Shown: positions 39,352 through 45,431 of the stretch, in pieces
Position numbering within the stretch: position 1 is the stretch's first letter
Layout: each line of letters begins with the position of its first letter
Assembly: GCA_002400905.2 (NCBI GenBank)
Contig: NVRQ02000161.1
Coordinates: forward strand, 1-45,431
Reading direction: 5' to 3'
DNA: 45,431 nucleotides
Origin: Gammaproteobacteria bacterium
Lineage (GTDB): Bacteria; Pseudomonadota; Gammaproteobacteria; GCA-2400775
Notes under the pieces: model-generated
The model's input: the letters and a program-made list of their open reading frames with translations, nothing else
Told to the model about the DNA's origin: nothing
Databases searched by the model: none
Translations under genes and position numbers: made by a program

Positions 39352-39383
39352 GAGCCTGTCGGACTTAGGCAATCGTAGCGAGG
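39348..39383. mobile_element. Single end of the GAGCCTGTCGGA-type element
   Basis: CTAGGAGCCTGTCGGACTTAGG is identical to 32062-32083; no partner TIR seen nearby. Confidence 0.75.
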
Positions 39384-39384
39384 G

Positions 39385-39917
39385 AAAGCCCTGTGATGTT
39401 GTAACAAGCCCGAAAGTCTCTCGGCAATCCGCGCATAACCTTTTGCATTGGGGTGTACTGCATTTAATCTTAGCGCAGGTTGAGATTTAACTTTAGCAAT
39501 AATGTATGTTCGTAAACGAGACTCAATTCATCAGCAAGCTCTCGGTAAAACTCCGGCACTGAAAGAAATATCCCCGGTGTAGGGGTTGCCATTAACACCA
39601 CATCAATATTTCGTTGCTTGGCCAAATTAATCATATTGGCAATATTTACTCGGGTTTGTGCAAGCGTGTCAGTCCATCGGCACTCATTTCTCCAGGAGCG
39701 CCAGCATTAATCACCTTGCGATTGATGCTGGCGCGAGCTTTTGGCTGGGTAACTTTTTTCAGGGTAGGTGTCAGAGCCAAACGTTAAGCTATCACCAAAG
39801 GCGAGTACGGTGTCGTTAGTATCGAGCGTATTGAGTGGGTTCAGAGCATGCTGTGAGGAAAAGACACAGTGCAGCCAGCAAGGCACTGGTGATCAGACGA
39901 TAGTGAGTGAGTCTCAC
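39385..39917 (-). pseudogene. GDSL/SGNH arylesterase lipoprotein pseudogene
   Basis: Minus-strand fragments in shifting frames: lipobox LFLTAC, VLAFGDSLTFG, VINAGAPGEMSADGLTRL, FYRELADE, NAVHPNAKGYARIAE; block III (GxND) absent. Confidence 0.85.
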
Positions 39918-39931
39918 GCGTACGAAAGTGA

Positions 39932-40123
39932 TTATCGTAGTTGTTCTTTTTCTTCTAAACTAATTTGCCTGGCTTCGCTTTCAAGCATCACGGGAATGCC
40001 ATCGCGAACAGGGTAGGCTAGAGCGCTCGCCTTGCAAATCAGCTCATTCTTACTTTTGTCATAAATTACGGGTGCCTTGCTGATGGGGCAGACAAGAATA
40101 TCGAGTAATTTTTTATCAATCAT
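39932..40123 (-). CDS. ycaR: Trm112/UPF0434 family protein
   Basis: [24 protein letters not shown]. Confidence 0.92.
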   Translation of the reverse strand: MIDKKLLDILVCPISKAPVIYDKSKNELICKASALAYPVRDGIPVMLESEARQISLEEKEQLR

Positions 40124-40228
40124 GGTGAAGTCACTTAATCAAAAACGTAAAGGCTTAAATTGGTAGCACTATTATACGCTAAAAGTAGGCTAAGCAATGT
40201 CGAGGTAAAGAGGTGAAAATGAAATGCG

Positions 40229-40272
40229 GTAATAACGGCTGGGGATAGCAGGTTATTCCCAGCCGTTATTGC
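40229..40272 (-). terminator. Hairpin downstream of mscL, probable terminator
   Basis: GTAATAACGGCTGGGGATA / TATTCCCAGCCGTTATTGC stem 16 bp after the mscL stop; weak U-tract. Confidence 0.55.
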
Positions 40273-40288
40273 TTGCTCTAAAGGGTTA

Positions 40289-40708
40289 TTATCGTTTAAG
40301 TGAATCGCGAATCTCTTGTAGTAACAAGACTTCATCGCTAGGTTTTTCAGGTTCAGCAGGAGCTTTTACTTCTGCTTTCTTCATAGAGTTCATGCCCTTA
40401 ATAGCCATAAAGATAGCGAAAGCAATAATAATGAAATCAAGCATGGTTTGAATAAAATTACCGTAGTTAATGGTCGGTGCGCCAGCTTCTTGCGCTAATG
40501 CGAGTGACGTATAGCCAGTGTCACTTAAATTGATAAAGAGCTGAGTAAAATCGACACCGCCTAACAACTTACCAATAGGAGGCATTAAAATATCACTAAC
40601 AAACGAGCTGATAATTTTACCAAAAGCCCCGCCGATAATAATACCAACAGCCATATCTACCACATTGCCACGCATTGCAAAATCTTTGAACTCTGACATC
40701 ATGCCCAT
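40289..40708 (-). CDS. mscL: Large-conductance mechanosensitive channel
   Basis: [30 protein letters not shown]. Confidence 0.98.
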   Translation of the reverse strand: MGMMSEFKDFAMRGNVVDMAVGIIIGGAFGKIISSFVSDILMPPIGKLLGGVDFTQLFINLSDTGYTSLALAQEAGAPTINYGNFIQTMLDFIIIAFAIFMAIKGMNSMKKAEVKAPAEPEKPSDEVLLLQEIRDSLKR

Positions 40709-40846
40709 CGTTATACTCTCCTAATTATATTTTAGATTGATTTTGTTGTTGTTTTTAAGATGGAGACTTTATTTGTTGCCGAATCATATAATTACTGCAC
40801 GCACAAAACAATGGCAAACTAATAACCATATTTTATAATGGTTAAT

Positions 40847-41049
40847 CATTGCTGTCCCGTTAACTTTTTCCCGTCATTCCGGCGCAGGCCGGAATCCAGA
40901 ATGTCGTTGAAACCACTGGATTCCGGCTTGCGCCGGAATGACGGAGGGGTATTATTGGTTTTCATGTCTCTAGTACCTCAAAACACTCTAATCGCTAAGC
41001 ATTGCACCTGTTGAACAGCGATATATTTCAAGTTAACGGGACAGCACTG
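40847..41049. mobile_element. 203-bp MITE with 19-bp TIRs and 9-bp target duplication
   Basis: TIRs CATTGCTGTCCCGTTAACT / AGTTAACGGGACAGCACTG (18/19); direct repeat ATGGTTAAT at 40838-40846 and 41050-41058. Confidence 0.9.
40871..40944. repeat. REP-like doublet nested in the MITE
   Basis: CCGTCATTCCGGCGCAGGCCGGAATCCAG (40871-40899) and inverted copy (40916-40944), 28/29 complementary; each half is itself a small hairpin. Confidence 0.88.
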
Positions 41050-41114
41050 ATGGTTAATAACAATAATTAAGTGTCCAAACAGAGCGTTGAATAGTACCTA
41101 TTTAAGATGAATCG

Positions 41115-41855
41115 ATGATGAATAAACCAATAAAAATCATACATATCACTGACTTACACTTAGCTGATCATGCAGAGGATCAATTATTCGGTATGGATTG
41201 TGATGAATCGCTGAAACACGTTATTACACTATTTAGAGATGATGACTACGATGCGTTATTGATAACTGGCGACATTGCCCACTTAGGTGCGCGTAGCGCC
41301 TATGAACGCTTACGCCTTGCTCTCTCAGAGATAGCGGTGCCAGTTTATTTGTTGCCCGGAAATCATGATGACGTAACGGTTATGAATGACGTGTTTGGTG
41401 GGCTAGAAAAACACGTTATGCTTGGCGACTGGCAATTGATCTTATTGGACTCCAATGAAGGTAATCGCCACTTCGGCCAACTTTCAGATGACGAGCTAAA
41501 TCATCTCGAGGGGCGATTACAAGAGAGCCACGCCAAATATAGCTTGGTTGCATTACACCACCCACCCGTAGAGATAGCGAGCGCATGGATGGATGCCATG
41601 CAATTGAAGAATAAAGAAGCATTTTTCGCTATCATAGAGCGCTATAGCTCGCCCCAAGCAATAGTCTGGGGTCATATTCATCAGGAATTTGACCAGCAAC
41701 GCCAAGGCGTACGACTATTGTCGTCGCCCTCTACGTGCAGTCAGTTCTTACCGCGCAGTGAGCAGCATCAAAAGGATATCTTAGGGCCAGGTTACCGATG
41801 GCTAGAGTTACATACCAACGGTCGTATTGATACCGGCGTGGTTCGTGTTGATTGA
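41115..41855 (+). CDS. cpdA: 3',5'-cyclic AMP phosphodiesterase (class III metallophosphoesterase)
   Basis: TDLH, TGD, PGNHD, LHHPP, WGHIHQ, PSTCSQF. Confidence 0.9.
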   Translation: MMNKPIKIIHITDLHLADHAEDQLFGMDCDESLKHVITLFRDDDYDALLITGDIAHLGARSAYERLRLALSEIAVPVYLLPGNHDDVTVMNDVFGGLEKHVMLGDWQLILLDSNEGNRHFGQLSDDELNHLEGRLQESHAKYSLVALHHPPVEIASAWMDAMQLKNKEAFFAIIERYSSPQAIVWGHIHQEFDQQRQGVRLLSSPSTCSQFLPRSEQHQKDILGPGYRWLELHTNGRIDTGVVRVD

Positions 41856-41888
41856 TAGCTCGATAAACTATTTTGGAGAACATTTTTA

Positions 41889-42317
41889 GTGAAGTATTTT
41901 AAACGTAGTGTATTACCCAGTTTGGCCTTGATAGTAGCCGTCAGTAGTCATGCTTTTGCCGTTGAGTTTGAGGCGGGGGAATGGGAAACCGAGGTGCGTA
42001 TTGAATTCAATGGCGCCATATTTCCTGTGCCGTTCACATCAAAAAAATGCCTTAGCCCTGAAGACCCCATCCCCAATACAACGACTAATAACGATAATTG
42101 TAACATCAGTGACGTGACTGACAGTCATGACAGCCTTAACTGGACGCTACATTGCGATGACAAAAAAGGCACAATCCATGGCATAGGCGGCGTTACGTTT
42201 AATAAGTCTGGTTTTACTGGCAGCATGGACATGGAAATTCGCGATGATAAAGGCGAGTTAAAAAATAAACATCGCGCCCTCATGAGTGGTATTCGTAAAG
42301 GGCCATGTAAAGAATAG
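41889..42317 (+). CDS. Secreted DUF3617-like protein
   Basis: Signal peptide (AFA), GEWE, four Cys, terminal GPC. Confidence 0.75.
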   Translation: MKYFKRSVLPSLALIVAVSSHAFAVEFEAGEWETEVRIEFNGAIFPVPFTSKKCLSPEDPIPNTTTNNDNCNISDVTDSHDSLNWTLHCDDKKGTIHGIGGVTFNKSGFTGSMDMEIRDDKGELKNKHRALMSGIRKGPCKE

Positions 42318-42355
42318 CCTAGACTGTTAATGTCGATCATTAAAGAGCATAAAAC

Positions 42356-42994
42356 ATGACGCAAGTGAGCAGCCAACTGATCATCATTGTCGCGAGCTGG
42401 ATAGTCTATTTTTACATTCATTCCTTCACCGCATCAACCCGTCTAAAACACGTTAATGCAAAGCAAATCGGTTTAAGTACGGTGCACTATCGGCTGCTTT
42501 ATGTCATTTTATCAACCGTATTGTTACTGCCCATTGTCTATTTAATTTGGCAAGACTCAACACCAATGCTTTGGCAGCACGAAGGTGCGGTAAAAGTTAT
42601 ATTAGATGCTATAGCATTGCTAGCAGTGATTGGTTTTATCGTTGTCGCCCGTAGTTATAATATGATCAGCTTTTTAGGGCTCAGCGCAGAGGACTCAAAA
42701 CACCGATTCAGCGTGTCATGGTTGCATCGATTCGTGCGCCACCCCTGGTATTTTTTTGGCTTACTCATAATCTGGACGCGGGATATGAGCGCGCTCTGGT
42801 TAGTCAGTTGTATTTGTATTACCGTATATCTAATCGTAGGCTCGCGCTTAGAAGACAATAAGCTAGTCGCAGAATTCGGTGACGTGTACCGCTATTATCA
42901 GAATAAGATACCTGGCTTAATAATGATGCCAGGGCGTTATTTGAGCGCCGCAGATAGGCAAGAAATAGAGCGGCTTAACACCAATAGCGATTAG
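42356..42994 (+). CDS. NnrU / isoprenylcysteine methyltransferase-like membrane protein
   Basis: HS...YRLLY, VRHPWY, EDNKLVAEFGDVYRYYQ. Confidence 0.8.
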   Translation: MTQVSSQLIIIVASWIVYFYIHSFTASTRLKHVNAKQIGLSTVHYRLLYVILSTVLLLPIVYLIWQDSTPMLWQHEGAVKVILDAIALLAVIGFIVVARSYNMISFLGLSAEDSKHRFSVSWLHRFVRHPWYFFGLLIIWTRDMSALWLVSCICITVYLIVGSRLEDNKLVAEFGDVYRYYQNKIPGLIMMPGRYLSAADRQEIERLNTNSD

Positions 42995-43024
42995 CGAGTA
43001 TTAATCAAAGCATTAGGGAGGAGA

Positions 43025-43372
43025 GTGATGACAGAGTGTTTATTTTGTAAATTAATTAGCGGTGATATCCCGGCAGATATCGTTTATCAAGATGGTGACG
43101 TCTTTGCCTTTCGAGATATTAGCCCACAAGCACCGACGCATATTCTCGTCATACCTAAACACCATATTGCCACCATTAACGATGTTGACGAATCACATCA
43201 AGCCTTATTGGGTAAATTAGTGTTAACGGCTAAAAACATTGCCAAAGAGCAAGGCGTGGCTGATGACGGTTATCGCCTAGTGATGAACTGCAATCAAGAT
43301 GGCGGGCAAGCCGTTTATCATATTCACCTACATATATTAGGGGGTCGCTCACTCACCTGGCCGCCTGGTTAA
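43025..43372 (+). CDS. hinT: Histidine triad nucleotide-binding protein
   Basis: CLFC, DISPQAPTHILVIP, HIHLHILGG, WPPG. Confidence 0.92.
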   Translation: MMTECLFCKLISGDIPADIVYQDGDVFAFRDISPQAPTHILVIPKHHIATINDVDESHQALLGKLVLTAKNIAKEQGVADDGYRLVMNCNQDGGQAVYHIHLHILGGRSLTWPPG

Positions 43373-43396
43373 AAGTTCGAAAGTATTGGAATCAAC

Positions 43397-43873
43397 ATGA
43401 ATCAAGAACAAAAACTTGTCTTAGCAACATTAGTCCGAGAGCAACGCTGGGCTGGCCTTGCCACCGTGGGTAACGACGGTGAACCCTTAGCCGCAATGGT
43501 TGCGTATGCCCACGCGATTGATTTTTCCGCCTTTTATATTCACGTCAGCACACTATCGCAACATACGCGACACATGATCGAGCAGCCAAAGGTCTCATTG
43601 ATTATCGCCCAGCCAGACACGGGAGAGGGCGACCCACAAACCTTACCACGCGTCAGCATCAGCGGTGAGGTTGAAGTGATTGAACGTGATAGCACACCGT
43701 ATGAGTCGATTAAGCAAACCTATTTAGAGCGGTTACCCGCATCGGAACAGTTATTTGGGTTCGGTGATTTTGTGTTGTTTCAATTACATCCGCAATCATT
43801 ACGATTTGTTGGCGGGTTTGCGCAAGCGCATAGTGCTACGATTAAGACGTTGTTGGAGTGTGCGGAGCTTTAG
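43397..43873 (+). CDS. Pyridoxamine 5'-phosphate oxidase-like split-barrel protein (HugZ/HutZ-like)
   Basis: LAT, STLSQHT, PRVSISG, FGDF, FVGGFAQA. Confidence 0.82.
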   Translation: MNQEQKLVLATLVREQRWAGLATVGNDGEPLAAMVAYAHAIDFSAFYIHVSTLSQHTRHMIEQPKVSLIIAQPDTGEGDPQTLPRVSISGEVEVIERDSTPYESIKQTYLERLPASEQLFGFGDFVLFQLHPQSLRFVGGFAQAHSATIKTLLECAEL

Positions 43874-43874
43874 G

Positions 43875-43981
43875 TTTCGCCCTATGGGGGCGAGTTACTT
43901 TTGGGGTCAAAAGCACCAAAAACCCGGCTTCCACGCAGCCCTAAAGGATTTCCTTCGGTTACGCCTGGAAGGTCGCGAAAA
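43875..43981. repeat. Multi-hairpin intergenic repeat-like element
   Basis: TCGCCC-tatgg-GGGCGA, TTTTTGG...CCAAAAA and CTTCC...GGAAG stems directly after the stop codon. Confidence 0.45.
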
Positions 43982-44273
43982 ACCATGCTAACACCCGAAG
44001 AGTGAGAGTTGGCGTACATTATTTTTTATTCTTATAGTTGTAAAACAACAGCAGCGGTGTATCAGATTATTTGTAATTGACCAGAGCATGAACATACTGG
44101 TTAGAAATCATAGTGTTAGCATGAAACTAAGGAAGAGGCGCATATTGCGACAACAGCAATAAGGTGATACAAAGCTGCTATGTATTTTTAACGTGATTAA
44201 TCACAGAAAAGGAGATAAACCGTTGATATCATGGGAAGATCAGGCATTTTATAATGCCCTGCGCGGAATGATA

Positions 44274-44321
44274 AACAGCAGTAGTGTGATACACAGCTGC
44301 TGTAGAATAAACTGTTAGAGC
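44274..44321 (+). other. Putative attI-like first cassette junction
   Basis: Core GTTAGAGC (44314-44321) is the exact reverse complement of GCTCTAAC (44948-44955) at the cassette's other end; no attC-type L boxes upstream of it. Confidence 0.6.
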
Positions 44322-44335
44322 CTCAAGGATAGAAA

Positions 44336-44977
44336 GTGAATAAGCTGATAGAACAATTTATTGCCAATTTAAGCGCAGGAGATATTTGGACTGGCTTCTT
44401 AATGCTGGCAATCTTCTATGTTTTAAAAAAAGAGCCCTTTAAGATATTTACCCATTTCAATGATCAGAAAATTAGAGATATCGATCAAGCAAAGTCACTA
44501 TTAGAAAGCGAAAAGTTAGGTAAGGAATCGAATGAATTACTGCGCGAGCATCTTGAGAGTTATGCTTTCAAAAGATACTATGGAATAACCGCAAATAGAG
44601 ATATGCGTACTGCTTTACTGAAGTTCTATCAAAAGCACCAAAACACAGTAGGCTGGCATGATCTAAAGCGGGCTGATTCATATATAAAACCGGATGGGTC
44701 GTCCATAAAAGTTGTGTTGTCGCTGGGTAGCCATATAGGGCGCTGGGCAGTAACTAGCTTAAGCTGGTTTATAGGCCTATATGCACTATTAATTATAGTT
44801 ATTGCTTTTATATCCAAGACCGACAATCAGGTTCAGTTCTTTGCTCTTACATTTTTATCAGTGGCTCTCTTAGTCGCGGCGATGTTGTTTAGTTCAATGA
44901 ATTGGCCGTATTATAGCGCTATCAAAATCCGTGATTGTGCCAATACAGCTCTAACAAAAAAATCAAGCCGACGCTGA
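44336..44977 (+). CDS. Integron gene cassette ORF: hypothetical membrane protein
   Basis: 213 aa, one N-terminal and two C-terminal hydrophobic segments; AAGGA RBS within 22 bp of the GTT core; stop codon lies inside attC. Confidence 0.8.
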   Translation: MNKLIEQFIANLSAGDIWTGFLMLAIFYVLKKEPFKIFTHFNDQKIRDIDQAKSLLESEKLGKESNELLREHLESYAFKRYYGITANRDMRTALLKFYQKHQNTVGWHDLKRADSYIKPDGSSIKVVLSLGSHIGRWAVTSLSWFIGLYALLIIVIAFISKTDNQVQFFALTFLSVALLVAAMLFSSMNWPYYSAIKIRDCANTALTKKSSRR

Positions 44978-45006
44978 AAAGCGCGCAGCTTATTTAGGCG
45001 TTAGCT
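44949..45006 (+). mobile_element. Integron attC recombination site
   Basis: R'' CTCTAAC, 5-nt spacer, L'' AATCAAGC with extra C, inner stem CGCT-GAAA-AGCG, L' GCTTATT, 5-nt spacer, R' GTTAGCT; 58 bp. Confidence 0.9.
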
Positions 45007-45025
45007 TCCAAAAGCCGGAATCATA

Positions 45026-45349
45026 GTGGCCAGTAAAATTAGCGAAATCACCAGAAGAGATATCCTAGACTCTATTTTTCTAGAGCAGATCAACATGTAC
45101 GGTCGCCTTGGAGAAACTGAATTTCTCTCGCGAGTTTGGGATCTTGATTCTATGCCATCAACTGATGCCAGGTTTAGTAATGCAACCGGGGATATTTGGC
45201 AACACACCGTAAACAACGAAGACTGGGAACCTGGATGGGTCTTCTCGGATGCTAGGTTTAACCTAATGCGGGGAGATGATGAAACATTCCTAAGATTTCT
45301 TTCGCTGACCGCCAAGGAGAGCGAAGCGAAGGCGGTTAGTCGCCGATAG
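45026..45349 (+). pseudogene. Second cassette ORF: AbiJ N-terminal domain 3-like protein, apparently truncated near 45300
   Basis: ISEITRRDI...GRL.E.EFLSRVWDLDSMPSTD.RF..A.GDIWQH.VNN.DW...WVF.D.RF...FLRFL recognised as AbiJ_NTD3-like; the last ~15 aa are read from a hairpin repeat. Confidence 0.7.
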
Positions 45350-45431
45350 GCAACGCTGATTTATTTTTTCGTAATTGTGAGCGATAGCGAGCGATGGAGA
45401 AGAAAATAAACAGCTTTAGTTGCCGTAGAGC
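45303..45431. repeat. Multi-hairpin element running off the window end
   Basis: CTGACCGCC/GGCGGTTAG (45305-45339); GGCAACGCTGATTTATTTT / AAAATAAACAGC-ttta-GTTGCC (45349-45424). Confidence 0.6.

Noticed and set aside
39275-40016. Plus-strand ORFs 39275-39490 and 39768-40016
   Set aside because: Antisense to the esterase pseudogene and ycaR, or overlapping tsaB and the MITE end.
43984-44123. CTAAC...GTTAG pair as an additional attC
   Set aside because: No complementary L boxes at 5-nt spacing; kept only as an unexplained inverted repeat.
44152-44301. 28-bp direct repeats as a mini CRISPR array
   Set aside because: Only two direct copies, imperfect, with a 94-bp spacer and no cas genes.
45001-45315. 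104-aa minus-strand ORF
   Set aside because: Antisense shadow of the AbiJ-like cassette ORF.
1-45431. tRNA, rRNA, transposase or integrase genes
   Set aside because: None recognised in the sequence or in the ORF translations.

Overview
Gammaproteobacterial chromosomal window. From ~220 to 32000 it holds a complete-looking polar-flagellum and chemotaxis cluster in Pseudomonas-like order: atypical PilZ, fleQ-fleS-fleR, fliE-K, fliL-R, flhBAFG, fliA, cheY-Z-A-B, motCD, parA, cheW-like, cheW, a 53-aa ORF missed by the track, and DUF2802. It carries four sigma54 promoters and several FleQ-type boxes. A signalling block follows (REC-degenerate GGDEF-EAL, FlhB-like plus second FliK-like gene, a GYF_2/pentapeptide membrane protein, two paralogous stand-alone receivers). 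Next come housekeeping genes (tsaB, Trm112/ycaR, mscL, cpdA, HIT, HugZ-like) and a heavily frameshifted GDSL esterase pseudogene. The right end is an integron-type cassette array with one textbook attC, an unknown membrane-protein cassette and a truncated AbiJ-N-domain cassette, but no integrase in the window. Intergenic spaces contain many miniature inverted-repeat elements. Several share an ERIC-like GCGTT...GCCTTG core, and three carry the same ~18-nt (C/T)ACCCCRAGGGCACGT module. All family assignments are from motif recognition by eye; no searches were run.
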